In this document: piece after piece, positions 27,454-40,994 of the stretch
Layout: every line of letters starts with the position of its first letter
Position numbering within the stretch: position 1 is the stretch's first letter
From: Octopus sinensis
Taxonomy: Eukaryota
Assembly: GCF_006345805.1 (NCBI RefSeq)
Contig: NC_042999.1
Location: 153,264,001-153,328,000, forward strand
Reading direction: 5' to 3'
DNA length: 64,000 bases
Translations under genes and position numbers: made by a program
The notes under the pieces: generated by a model
What the model was told of the DNA's origin: nothing
What the model saw: only the letters and a program-made list of their open reading frames with translations
The model's database searches: none

Positions 27454-29715
27454 TATTATACCGCCACCTTTCCATCTTCTAAGAGTATTTCTCTGACCTA
27501 AGCTTTTATAGGTGTATCCATGGCTGTGTGGTAAGAAGTTTGCTTCCTAGCCACATGATTTGGGAAGCAAACATGTTTTGATGGTAATGGTGAGGATTAG
27601 TTGACAGTGATAAAAGTGTGATCGTGATGGTACCGTGTAAACAAACACGTGCAAAACAACATAATTGTAGAAATTCTACAGAGGCGCAGGCGTGGCTGTG
27701 TAGTAAGTAGCTTGCTTAGTAACCACATGGTTCCTGGTACAGTCCCACTGTGTGGCACCTTAGGTAAATTTTTCTACTATAGCTTCGCGCTGACATGCTT
27801 GTGCGTTTGTCCCCGTAACCTAGCGGTTCGGCAAAAGAGACTGATAGAATAAGAACTAGTCTTACAAAGAATAAGTCCTGGGGTCGATTTGTTCGACTAA
27901 ATGCGATGCTCCAGCATGGCCGCAGTCAAATGACTGAGATAAAAGAATCCCTGTAACTTAGCGGTTCAGCAAAAGAGTCCGTTGGAATAAGTATGAGGTT
28001 TAAAAAAAAAAAATATTCTTTTCTTCTCTAGACACAAGACCCAGAATATTGGTGGAGGCGGCCAGTCGATTAGGCAGGTGCTTAAATTTATCGACCCCGA
28101 AAGAATGAAAGGCAAAATCGACCTCTAAGCATTTCGCTTGGCGTGCTAACGTTTCTGCCAGCTCGCCGCTTTAGCAGCAATAAATATTGAGGCCGATTCA
28201 TTCGGCTAAAATTCTACAAGGATGTACCTCAGCATGGCCACAGTCTAATGGCTGAAACAATTAAAAGAGGAAATATAGATGACCAAACTGATAGTGATCA
28301 GAAATAATTGTTGCCACAATAACAGTTGGGTAGAAAATATCCAGGAAGCTAGTAATCTTGTGAGTTATAAAGGGTTTCTCTGTCAGAGCAACGAGTAGAT
28401 TGTATGATACTTGTGAACGAACTGTGATGCTGCATGGTAGAGAGACATGAGTCTTCAGCATGGAGGTTTTGCAAAAGCTAGAGAGAAAGTGAGTGAGTGC
28501 AGTCTATTGGATGTGTAATGCTAGTGTGCAGTCATGAAATATGAGTTGACAGAGAGACACTAACTAAACGAAGAGTGTTGAAGGGAAGAGTGGAATGGTA
28601 GAGGTACGTGGTGTGTGGAGAGTTGGTGGTGACTTGTTAAAGTGGATGGAATTTGCGGAAGAGGAAAACATGCGACGAAGAAATGGAGACTGATTGCCAC
28701 TTAAAACTACTGGTGACGATGCCGCGTAATAAAAGCATTTAGCACATTGTGCCAAATGGCTGACGCAGGAAAGGGTATACAGCTGTTGGAACCATGAAGT
28801 GATTCAAGTCATATAAATATATAGAGAGAGATACTAAGTACATGTATTCATAAAGATAAACTCACACACACATATATATATAGCGTATAAAGCGTAGAAC
28901 AAAGAAGAGAATACATAGGTTCTTAACTCGACAGCTGTTTCAGGAAGCTTGGAATTACGTAACCGTCATAATGTTCATAATTACCAGATGGAATATGCAA
29001 AAAGTCTTTGTGTATGCCACCAGTAAATAGTCACGTAGAGATATTACTATAAGTCCTATCACAAACAATACTGAATGAAATTGCAGTCAGGTTCACACAT
29101 TAAATACAGCTGAAGAGAAGAAGCCTACAACTACTGGAGTCAAGAATACCCCCACCCCGACTCTCCGCCCCCAAATTTTCTCATCTAACGAAAATTAACT
29201 CGGTACTGGCTAAGCCTCAATTTTGTGTTGCAAGATTTGAGTTAGAATCCCTGGAACTTGCTTGCAGCTCAACATTATGGAACAGGCAAGAACTGCAGAA
29301 GTCTGTGAATATTTGAAGATGTTCATTAAATAATGATGATGATATAACATACATAATGAGCACAAAAACATACACACACACACACACATATATATATATA
29401 ATTTAGTATCATCTAGGTAAAAACCTTATATTGTGCATTTCAGAGCACCTCCTGTGATCGGCTACAATATGACATCATACAGCAGCCATACTCCTTTCAC
29501 TGGATATACACTCGGACATACGTTAGTGTACGCAGAATTCATACAACAACAAAAATTATAATACATAAAGATGGAATGAACAAGCTTTAATTCAAATCCA
29601 AATCATATATAATAATGTATGTGAGACACTTAGCAACTAACAGCTGTTGCTAATGCACAGAGACAATCTTGAATTGGATTAATGCCTGTTAATTCCATCT
29701 TATACATACATACAT

Positions 29716-29765
<50 letters not shown>

Positions 29766-30424
29766 ATCTGAAGATATACGTATAATATAAATTATATTTG
29801 TGTTTTGTAGCAGGAATGAATTGCATGCTTGTGCATAAGATTTCTGAGCTGAGAAAAATAATAACATTTTTAATTTTACAAATTCATTGGTAAGCACGCA
29901 ATCTCACCAAGCAACATTAATTAAATTGCTATAATGCATTAATTAAGCAGATAATTATTACACTTTAAATATAGCAAAACACTAAGATGTCACTGGGTAT
30001 AATGTTTTAAATTTAATAAAATTTCTTACCGTGCATTTTACTTAGCAAGTCGATTCTGCTTTGCTTTCGAAATTTCATAGAATTTTAGATGAGACTGACA
30101 ACGTGGCAATTCTTAATTGGTTTGCAGAATTAATATCCACAAGTCTAGCACGCAAGTGGTTCTTGGCAAATTTTGACGTTAAAAGAAATGGTTCAGTTTG
30201 GTAATTGCTTAGAAAACAATGATGCAATTTTCGGTATGACATTCTTCAAAAGTGGCTGCATTTCCATTATCTTCATCGGATTTACAAAATTCCAAAATAG
30301 ATAAAGTAATCAATTTGGATATTAAATGAATTAAATTTAGTTCTGAGAAATTAGGAGATGCAAGCGGCAGTACATTAAAGAAGAAGTTCGAGCACTTGGT
30401 TTCATAAGTCTGGAAACTTCTTGA

Positions 30425-30545
30425 AGTAACCTGAATGTTAGGGTCTGAAAACAGAAACAATCCCTATGATAATAGGTGCTTTAGGTATGGTCAAAAATCA
30501 TACAGACATACATAACCAACATCCCGGGACTTACAACTATATATA
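30425..30545 (+). mobile_element. C-terminal RLE fragment of an R4-like LINE
   Basis: Reads LKTETIPMIIGALGMVKNHT..ITNIPGL, like the R4 ..VIPVVIGALG..IPG tail; similar DNA occurs at 34700-34742. Confidence 0.55.
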
Positions 30546-32899
30546 CTTCTTTACTACCTACAAGGGGCTAAATACAGAGGGAACAAACAAGGACAGAGAA
30601 ACGGATTAAGTCGATTATATCGACCCCAGTGCGTAACTGGTACTTAATTTATCGACCCCGAAAGGATGAAAGGCAAAGTCGACCTCGGCGGAATTTGAAC
30701 TCAGAACGTAACGGCAGACGAAATACGGCTACGCATTTCGCCCGGCGTGCTAACGTTTCTGCCAGCTCACAGCCTTGGGACTTACAAATATATATAACGC
30801 ATAATAGCAGTACTAAGGACTATGTGCATCATGCGTAGAGCACTTTCAATACAGTAAAAATTCCAATATGAACATACCCAAAACCCACAAAACTGTACAC
30901 GATAATGCAATGAAAGCACGCAAAAAAGTAAACAATAAGACTACTAAATAATCATAGTGATTTCAAATTTTGGTACAAGGCTAGCAATTTCGGGGTCGAT
31001 TATCTCGATCTTGGTACTCAACTGGTACTTATTTTATCAACCCCGGAAGGATGGAAAGTAAAGTCAACCTCGGCGGAATTTGAGCCCAGAATGTTAAGAC
31101 AGAGGAAAGCATTTTGCCCGCTCACCGCCTTGATAATAATTTCTTTTATTGGCCACGACGGCCCAAAACATGAAGGACAATAACAAAGGGGACAACACAG
31201 AACAGAGGTGGGGTTTACGTCGATGATGGGGAGATACTGCAACATTACAGGATACATAAATAGAAATTTGAAAAATGGATAATTAGTAAATAAATAGAAT
31301 CTGTAATACCAGGGTTTTCCACTTAGGATAATCCGGGTTAAACCCAACACAAAAGATTAAAAGAGATTGGAATTGAAATTTGCAATGTCGACTTGCAAAA
31401 AACGTATCGCAAGAACCCTACGGAAGATTTTAGAAGTTTGAGGTGACTTGTCACCGAACATCAAGATAAAATAACTGGCATACGGTAGCATAATAATAAT
31501 AATAATCCTTTCTACAAGGCCTGACATTTTCGGGCAGGGGTAAAGTCGATTACATTGACCCCAGCACTCAACTGATACTTATTTTATTGATAGCGAAAGG
31601 ATGAACAGCAATGAACAGTTTGTTCTTAACCAGTTGAGCATGTCACTTAGTGGCTGACGATATGTGCATTTCTGATTATGAGCAGGGGTAGTGGGCAGCA
31701 TCATAACCGTGTGTTGAAAGGAATTCTGAGAGGTTTGGACAATTCACCTCTGGAAACATGGGTGTTTCGTTCAACATCCTTAAACAAACCTTATTCAGGG
31801 ACCTTTTTAGCGGGATGGGCTGCTCGACCTGAAGAAAATTCTAACTGGGCCCCAACAGCAATGTCATGCGTAGTTTATCTTGATATAATATCACCATGTC
31901 GCGCACATATGGTTGTGATGCATGTGCCTAGTGTACCCTTATCAAACAGGTAGTCATAATGGGTATATTGGGCTTCGTTTATTTTGCCCTAGTGTCACTT
32001 TGATGGTATGCATTTCTCTCTCACTCAATAACAGCAATAATAATAATAGGAGTAGGAGGACAAACATAGTGTTATGGTTAAAGACTTTTCAAAAACATTG
32101 AATCACATTCTTATTTCTTTATGCCCACAAGGGGCTAAACATAGAGGGCACGAACAAGGGCAGACAAAGGGATTAAGTCGATTACATCGACCCCAGTGCG
32201 TAACTGGTACTTAATTTATCGACCCCGAAAGGATGAAAGGCTAAGTCGACCTCGGCGGACGAAATACCGCTAAGCATTTTGCTCGGCGTGCTAACGTTTC
32301 TGCCAACTCGTCGCCGTATTGAATCACATTCTACCATATTCCATATTCTTTCAGTATTAAAATCTGCCAAATCAGAGGTCTTTTTCTTCTTTTTACACAT
32401 GCGGTCCGGACAGTTACGGCATTGATTCAAAGATCATAATATTAGCAAGAACTGAGGTAATAATTCGATTCGTACCTTTCAGTTCAAACGTGCAGCTTTC
32501 GACCTAAAATATCATTTTTAGTTCTCTAATTTAATAAAGGGAATAACTTGAAAAATCCACGAAGATTTTCGGGTTATCTTCCAGTGCATAGAAGTAACTG
32601 AGCATGCGTTCTTTACTTTAATAACAAAACACAATAACAATAAAATTAGACCTTTCCTAGGTGAGCAAGGAAATTGAAAAATGGCTGGAAAAGGTAAGAA
32701 TTAAAATGAAAATAGAACACATTCAGTTGACAGCATAACTCTGCAAAGTTCTGGTGACTTGAAAAGAATATAACCACTTTTGTTTACGGTAAGTGAACAG
32801 CTGGTATGTCAATGACATACTCAGCAACAAGCTGGTTTGTTAGATAATACTATTAAAATCAATGAGAGCTGATATGTTTGTAGAATTAAGAAAAGAAGA

Positions 32900-34740
32900 A
32901 CGGTGTAAGATCCAACTGCTATGGTAAAGATACCAATGATTTCATGTACATGGATGATCTCAAGTTCTATGCTGCAAATGATAAAACAACTGGAAACACT
33001 ACTACAAATAGTACACGGAGTTACTAAGGAAATCAATGAAATTCGACAGAAAAATATGCTTAAGCAGCCTTGAAAAGAGGAAAAAAATTAAGAACACAAT
33101 CAAACTAGATAAAAAAAAAACAAAATAAGAGAACTAGACCAAATTCAGACATACAAATACTTGGGAATCAATGAACTAGACGGGTACAATAAACACAAAT
33201 GGAAAAACGATAAGAAAGGAATATTACATGCGAAATAGATTAATGCTTAAAACAGAGTTAATTTGAAAAATAAAGTAATAAACATCCATAGTCTAGCTGT
33301 CCCAGTTATACATTAGGGTCATAATCTTAATCAAAAACTAAATGACTAGCCAAGCTAGACAGAAAAACAAGAATAATGAATGCTTTTAAGATACACCACC
33401 CAATATTTGACTACAAGATTATATATGTAACGAACTGGAGGCGGTAGATGCTTATACAACTAGAAAACTGCGATAAATATTCACTATTGGACGACAGAAA
33501 TATCGAATTCAGAATCAAGAGGAAATGATAAAAATATCCACAAAGCATGACTACAGTAAAAAACTTTTTTCTGTCTTCAAGGAAACAGAAAAATTCAAGG
33601 AAGAATATGAAGACAAAGAAGAGACAACTGTAAAGCAGCTAAAATTTATGCAAAAACTTGAACTACGAAATACAATGATAAAATGATGGCAAGGAAAGTT
33701 CTTACATGGCAAACGCCGGGAAAAGATAAACAGAAAAGGCGCAGGAGTGGCTGTGTGGTAAGTAACTTGCTTACCAACCACATGGTTCCGGGTTCAGTCC
33801 CACTGCGTGGCACATTGGGCAAGTGTCTTCTACTATAGCTTCGGGCCGACCAAAGCCTTGTGAGTGGATTTGGTAGACGGAAACTGAAAGAAACCCGTCG
33901 TATATATATATAAATATGTATGTGTGTGTGTGTGTGTGTGTGTGTCTGTGTTTGCCCCCTCCTAACATCGCTTGACAACCGATGCTGGTGTGTTTACATC
34001 TCCGTAACTTAGCGGTTCGGCAAAAGAGACCGATAGAATAAGTACTAGGCTTACAAAGAATAAGTCCTGGGGGTCGATTTGCTCGACTAGAGGCGGTGCT
34101 CCAGCATGGCCGCAGTCAAATGACTGAAACAAATAAAAAAATAAAAGAATAAGATAAAGTTAAATCACAACAATGGTTGAGAAACGTAGGAGTCAAAGCA
34201 GAGACTGAAGGGACACAAGTTCAAAGCCAGCAGAAACCACACACACAAAAAAGCCCCAGTGAAATAGAATACAATAACGAACTTCAGAATATGTCGTGGT
34301 GGTGGTGGTGGTGGTGGTGGTGGTGGTGGTGGTGGTGGTGGGGAAGAAACAACACATCATATTGTCACTTATTACTTAGTGTTTGTCAAGAAGGAATGTA
34401 TCCCCCTTACACGACAGAGTTGGTACCTATATACACTGGAATCTATGCTAACGCAATGGAGTGACAACAGGGAAAAGATGGTATAAGCATGTCCCAGAAA
34501 GGGTCTCAGGAAATGACAAAGCAACCATATTCTGGGATATACCAATGCAAACAGATAGAGAAATTAAGGCTAATAGACTGAATATAGTCGTCAAAGATCA
34601 AGAAATAAAAAAAAAGCTTCAAATCAATGAATCAGTTCCAACAGAAGGCAATGTATATCTAAAAGAAATGGAGAAAGTATCGAAATGAAAGATATAGAAA
34701 CAGAAATAACCTGAGTGTGGGTCCTGGAAACAGAAACAAT
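32900..34740 (+). mobile_element. Decayed R4/Dong-type (RLE-bearing) non-LTR retrotransposon: RT and RLE fragments, interrupted by a SINE and (TGG)n
   Basis: FMYMDDLKFYAAND (YMDD at 32947-32958), QTYKYLGINE, QWLRNVGVKAETEG, and RWYKHVPERVSGNDKATIFWDIPMQTDREIKANRLNIVVKD (RLE PD-like motif). Many frameshifts. Confidence 0.8.
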
Positions 34741-34761
34741 CCCACACACTTACCACTTAAC

Positions 34762-35186
34762 CAGCGCTGGATTAACCATTAAGCAAAATAAGCATGTGCT
34801 TACAGCATCAAGGGAAGGAGGGGGCACCACAGAAATGGTAAATGGTTTACGGCACAAAAGTAATCACTTTAAACTTGCTAAAAAATATTCGGGGTGCCTT
34901 TATCTCTACTAAGTATAGATGCAGATGTGTTACCTGAGATTAATTTTGAAGATCTGGTCTAAGACTTTGCAATTCAAAAAAGTAGGAGGAAGCTTTTCAA
35001 ATATAAAAAAAGTGGAAGTAGACAAAAATAAACATTATTTTCCCTCTTACTGTTTTGTTTCGTTTTGAAGAATAAATATTTATTTTATAGTTTGTTATTG
35101 TTTATATTTTGAATTACATAATCTTTTATGGGGGTGCCAAAATCTTTTAAGTGCTTAGGGCTTCAATGGGTCTTAATCCGGCCCGG
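34762..35186. mobile_element. hAT-like MITE
   Basis: Ends CAGCGCTGGATTAA / TTAATCCGGCCCGG; flanks CACTTAAC / CACTTTTC (6 of 8 match, an 8-bp TSD). A reverse partial copy lies at about 56740-56790. Confidence 0.6.
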
Positions 35187-35523
35187 CACTTTTCCTTTTA
35201 TAATTCTAACCATTGCAAAAGGGATCACATTAAATGTAGTGAACATTACAGTATTTAAATTGAATATCAGAGGCAAAACCTGGACACATCGTTAGTATTG
35301 TGTCGTGGGGATGTTTCGGATCTAACAATATAGACCGTTAGCCAGGCAAGTTGATTTAGATTGACCAAGCTTAGGCCTGGGTCTAAGCAGCACTCTACTA
35401 CCCAACTTCGTTCTCCTTTTTTCATTCAAAGTGTCCGAGACGCTTTCTCAGCGGTCTCTACTTATTTTTTCCATAGGCTGTGTTGGTAAGAAGCTTGCTT
35501 CATAACCACATAGTTCCAGATTT

Positions 35524-35524
35524 A

Positions 35525-35567
<43 letters not shown>

Positions 35568-35592
35568 ATTATTATTATTATTATTATTATTA

Positions 35593-35636
<44 letters not shown>

Positions 35637-35649
35637 GTTATTATTGTTA

Positions 35650-35698
<49 letters not shown>

Positions 35699-36300
35699 GT
35701 TATTATTGTTGTTATTATTATTATTATTATTATTATTGAGTAAGAGAGTAGTGCATGCCATCAAAGTGACACTGGAGTACAAATATACGAAACCCAGTAT
35801 ACCCATCATGACTATCCGTCTAATAAAGGTACACCAGGCACAAGCATCACAACCATATGTGTGCGACATAATGATCTCATATCACGATAAACGGCGCATG
35901 ACTTGTAGGTGGGGCCCAGTTAGAATTTTATTCAGGTTGAGTAGCTGAGTAGCCCATCCTGCTCAAATGGTTCTTGAATAAGGGTTGTTTAAGAATGTTG
36001 AATGGAACACCTGTTTCCAGAGATGAATTATCCAAACCTCAATGAATTCCTTTCAATACATGGCTATGATGCTCCCCAACTACTTCTGCTCGTGATCAAA
36101 GATGCACACATCATCAGTCACGAAGGGACATGCTCAACTGGTTAAGGTCAAATAACTGACAAGCAAATCTGTGGTATTGAGCAGAATATTTGCTGTCGCC
36201 CATCTTTTATACCAAGACAAAACAATGTACATGATAACACTTCCAATCAGTTAAGATCGAAAACCATGAGAACCACTGCCTGATACTGCATCAGGGCATT
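35524..36300 (-). mobile_element. Retroposon family E with a long (TAA)n tail (opposite-strand copies at about 4845-5255 and 31625-32050)
   Basis: Shared block GTGTCACTTTGATGGCATGCACT.CTCTC.TACTC(AAT)n and AACTGGGCCCCA; the (ATT)n tract spans 35524-35737. Confidence 0.75.
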
Positions 36301-37514
36301 TATTATTATTAATATTATTATTATTATTATTATAATTATTATTATTTTATTATTATTATTATTATTTTATTTTATGCAAGCTGGCAGAGTTATTTCTGCG
36401 TCAGAAAAATCTGTCTTAACGTTTTGAGCAACGTGAAATGAACTACCTTGTTGAAGGACACACAACAGGGATTGAACCCACGACTTCATGATCGAGAGCC
36501 GAACACTCTAACCACTAGGCCACACACTTTCACAAAATAAATCTAAGTTACACACCAAGCGAAAGGGGGAGAAGGTGCAGAGTGGAAGCTTTAGGTGGAT
36601 TAAATAATGTGTTGGAGGTCATTGGATATGATATTTTGTCCACAGTTTCGTATTTCACGCCGTGATATTGCATTTTATTTTTTCTTACTTGCAGACATGT
36701 TTTCTTAAGCCTTGATACTTGCTTGTTCTTGCTCTGCTATGTCCATATTTGGTTAAATGTTTGAAAAAGAAAGCGAGAAGAGAATGGACGAAAGAGCGAA
36801 TGAAATAGTTTGCTTCGAATTCTTTTATCACTAAGCAAAAAGAAAAAAAAAAATTTGGGATAAACAAGAAATGTATTGATCTCGTTTATAGACAATCACA
36901 CGGATTCGTAGGGGATAGAGCAGGGAAGATTGGGGACGGATTTGTGAGGTTCGTGTTTTTCTCAAAAGAGTCATCGACTTAAAAAGAAACGAACTGCTTT
37001 CGACTGAAATTCGAAACCGCATTGTAACATTTTATTCTTCCTCTACAATTGCCATGGCTGTTAAAAATATTAGTTTTGATTAAAAACCGCATAAGAAACC
37101 ACCCCAAAAAACAATAAGAAATTACGTAGTATAATGATGTTCATGCCTCTTCGAGTGCTTTTGTGATCTGAAGAAGTAGAGTATTGTCATACGGTGCTTA
37201 AAACCATTTCTTGAATTTGGTTAAAATGTTATTCTGTTTGAATTCTCTAAACTTTTGCAATTCAACTACTTTTTTGTTTAATACCAGGCCAGACCTGAGT
37301 AAGTATACATTTTGTTGTGCTTTAGAGATGGTGTGCGTGCGTACGTGTGCGTGTGTGTGTGTGTGTGCGTGTGCGTTGTGTGTATCTGTATTTACACGTA
37401 TGTATGTATATGCTTATGTGTATATACGTATATTTGTGTGTATGTAAAAAAACAAAAGAGAATGGAAATAAGGAAGTTAATAATTGTTTATTACTAACAA
37501 ATTGGTCATCTTCG

Positions 37515-37612
37515 CTTCTTACGGCCGTTTCAATTAATACTCAATAATTTAATTACAAATTTGTACATTAAATTTACATTTATGCGACATGAGTATAATT
37601 TCATCAGAGAAA
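37515..37612 (-). ncRNA. Type I hammerhead ribozyme motif with extended helix II
   Basis: Minus strand: TTTCT-CTGATGA-AATTATACTC(48 nt)GAGTATTAATT-GAAA-CGGCCG-TA|AGAAG. Helix I 4 bp plus G.U; helix II 10 bp with one bulge; palindromic helix III ACGGCCGT; GUA triplet. Confidence 0.8.
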
Positions 37613-38074
37613 AATAAAAAGCTGTACCTTTGGATGTTATATGTGGACCTATCAATTCATTTCAGCAGACTAAATGTTATGGTTTATGATTTTTATTATT
37701 ATATCTCAAGTGAAGGGTTTACAGGTTGATTGGAATATGATTAGGGATAAAGTAAAATAAATAAATAGAACTAAAACAGTCAATAAAGTTGATAGAGATG
37801 ATTGAGGGAAGGTGAATATATAAATAAGGTAAATTTATTGCTAATAAAAGAATAAAATATTCGTTTATTTGGTATAAATGAAATTATAAAAATTTGTATA
37901 TAGGCGCAGGTGTGGCTGAGTGGTAAGTAGCTTGCTTACCAACCACATGGTTCTGGGTTCAGTCCCACTGCGTGACACTTTGGGCAAGTGTCTTCTACTA
38001 CAGCCTCGAGCAGACCAAAGCCTTGTGAGTGGATTTGGCAGACGGAAACTGAAAGAAGCCCGTCGTACACACAC

Positions 38075-38155
<81 letters not shown>

Positions 38156-38206
38156 CATATATATATACATAGAGAGAGAGAGAGAGACCAAAGTGTACGT
38201 ACGGCG

Positions 38207-38259
<53 letters not shown>

Positions 38260-38354
38260 GCAAAATACAAAATACAAAAGAGGACAAGAACTCAAAACAT
38301 CCGGACAGCTAGGTGATACAAAAATGGGACAAAAATGTGTGTGTGTATCTTTGT

Positions 38355-39309
38355 GTGGATGAGGCAGTATTTCCCAACCAATTTCTTCCAAGCGAGTTTT
38401 GGTCAGTCGAGCTGCGTGAGGACGAGTATTATCGTGATGGAAGATGACACCCTTTCTGTTAACCAAGGATTCTCGCTTTTGGCTCAGAACTGTTTTCAAA
38501 CGACGAAATTGCACAGAATAAAGGTTAGCATTAATTGTTTGGTTGTTGTCCAACAGTTCATAATGGATTACTCCTTTAATATATCCCACCATACACTCAA
38601 CATGATCTTGTCTGGGTGAAGTCCTGCTCTCGGTTGTTAAATTGGCCATCTTCCTCGACTGATCCAAGAACGGCGGCGTTTAACATTATGGTAAAGAATC
38701 CACTTCTCATCACCTGTAACAAACCTGTCTAAAAATGTTGCTTGAAAGTGCCGTGAAAGCAATGATTGATAACAAGCATCACGCTGTTGTCGTTTCTCTG
38801 GAGACAGCTCGTGAGGGACCCATTTTCCAGCCACTGAAACCTTTCCAAAGTGTTTTAGCTGGCGTACCACGGTTGTATGGGCCACGTTTAACTGTTCTGC
38901 AAGTTCCCTAGTGGTAACGGTAGGTTTCACTGAAACAAGAGTTTCCAACATTTCGGAATCAAGTTTTTTTTGGACGACCCTCTTTTGGCTCTTCTTTCAA
39001 AGTGAAATCACCACATCGGAAAAGGGAAAACCACCTCCTGCAACTTCTTTCATTCACTACATCATCCCCATAAGTGCTCTGAATAGATCTTGCTGTCGCA
39101 CTTGCATTAACACCTGTATGAAACTCGTAGAGTAAAACATTTCTTATTTGCTCTTTAGATGGGACAAACATGGTGGTAAAATTTTCTCAAAGAAAATAGT
39201 ACAAATTAGACACAGAGATATCTTAAAACTATAAGAGGTTAGCAAATTGATAAATTCGCTCTGAAACATTTTTTTCTAGAAATCGGACATTACTTTTGCA
39301 CCAACCTTA
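38355..39309 (-). mobile_element. Mariner (Tc1/mariner) transposon, frameshifted and 3'-truncated, copy 1
   Basis: Fragments [47 protein letters not shown]; the third catalytic Asp region is missing. 5' TIR TA-TAAGGTTGGTGCAAAAGTAATG resembles the Hsmar1-type TIR. Confidence 0.93.
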
Positions 39310-39321
39310 TATATATATATT

Positions 39322-39359
<38 letters not shown>

Positions 39360-39495
39360 TGTGAGTGAGTGTGTGTGTATGTATATGTTTGTATATCTAT
39401 CTATCTATCTACCTACCTACCTACCTACTTATCTATCTCTCTCTTCCCCTCTCTCTCTCTCTCTCTCTCCGTCTCTCTCTCTCTCTTCTCTCTCT

Positions 39496-39539
<44 letters not shown>

Positions 39540-39597
39540 TATATACATATATATATACATAGAGAGAGGAGAGAGAGACCAAAGTGTACGTACGGCG

Positions 39598-39647
<50 letters not shown>

Positions 39648-39742
39648 GCAAAATACAAAATACAAAAGAGGACAAGAACTCAAAACATCCGGACAGCTAG
39701 GTGATACAAAAATGGGACAAAAATGTGTGTTGTTATCTTTGT

Positions 39743-40697
39743 GTGGATGAGGCCAGTATTTCCCAACCAATTTCTTCCAAGCGAGTTTTGGTCAGTCGAG
39801 CTGCGGAGGACGAGTATTATCGTGATGGAAGATGACACCCTTTCTGTTAACCAAGGATTCTCGCTTTTGGCTCAGAACTGTTTTCAAACGACGAAATTGC
39901 ACAGAATAAAGGTTAGCATTAATTGTTTGGTTGTGTCCAACAGTTCATAATGGATTACTCCTTTAATATATCCCACCATACACACCAACATGATCTTGTC
40001 GGGTGAAGTCCTGCTCTCGGTTGTTAAATTGGGGCCATCTTCCTCGACTGATCCAAGAACGGCGGCGTTAACATTATGGTAAAGAATCCACTTCTCATCA
40101 CCTGTAACAAACCTGTCTAAAAATGTTGCTTGAAAGTGCCGTGAAAGCAATGATTGATAACAAGCATCACGCTGTTGTCGTTTCTCTGGAGACAGCTCGT
40201 GAGGGACCCATTTTCCAGCCACTGAAACCTTTCCAAAGTGTTTTAGTGGCGTACCACGGTTGTATGGGCCACTTTAACTGTTCTGCAAGTTCCCAGTGGT
40301 AACGGTAGGTTCCTGAAACAAGAGTTTCCAACATTTCGGAATCAAGTTTTTTTGGACGACCCTCTTTTGGCTCTTCTTTCAAAGTGAAATCATCACCACA
40401 TCGGAAAAGGGAAAACCACACCTCCTGCAACTTCTTTCATTCACTACATCATCCCCATAAGTGCTCTGAATAGATCTTGCTGTCGCACTTGCCTTAACAC
40501 CTGTATGAAACTCGTAGAGTAAAACATTTCTTATTTGCTCTTTAGATGGGACAAACATGGTGGTAAAATTTTCTTCTCAAAGAAAATAGTACAAATTAGA
40601 CACAGAGATATCTTAAAACTATAAGAGGTTAGCAATTGATAAATTCGCTCTGAAACATTTTTTTCTAGAAATCGGACATTACTTTTGCACCAACCTA
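39743..40697 (-). mobile_element. Mariner transposon, copy 2 (tandem duplicate of copy 1)
   Basis: Same motifs, truncation point and flanks as copy 1 at an offset of about 1390 bp; differs mainly by small indels. Confidence 0.9.
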
Positions 40698-40851
40698 TTA
40701 TATATATATTTGTGTGTGTGTGGTGTGTGTGTGTTGGTATGTGTGTGGTGAGTGAGTGTGTGTGTATGTATATGTTTTATATCTATCTATCTAATCTACC
40801 TACCTACCTCCTACCTACAACACTATCTCTATCTCTCTCTCTCTCTCTCTC

Positions 40852-40883
<32 letters not shown>

Positions 40884-40894
40884 TTCTGTATATA

Positions 40895-40956
<62 letters not shown>

Positions 40957-40961
<5 letters not shown>

Positions 40962-40994
40962 GCGTTTCGGGCCTGCTAGCCTTCGTCAGACTGA
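40957..40994 (-). ncRNA. Truncated or degenerate type I hammerhead motif ending at its cleavage site in a (TA)n tract
   Basis: Minus strand: TCAGT-CTGACGA-AGGC(tagcag)GCCC-GAAA-CGCCTG-TA|TATATA. Core intact; helix II has an A.C mismatch at its base; the 3' arm of helix I is replaced by (TA)n. Confidence 0.6.

Noticed and set aside
28925-28945. Minus-strand GAAA-CAGCTG-TC palindromic helix III
   Set aside because: No recognisable CTGANGA core with matching helix II or helix I upstream; at best a relic.
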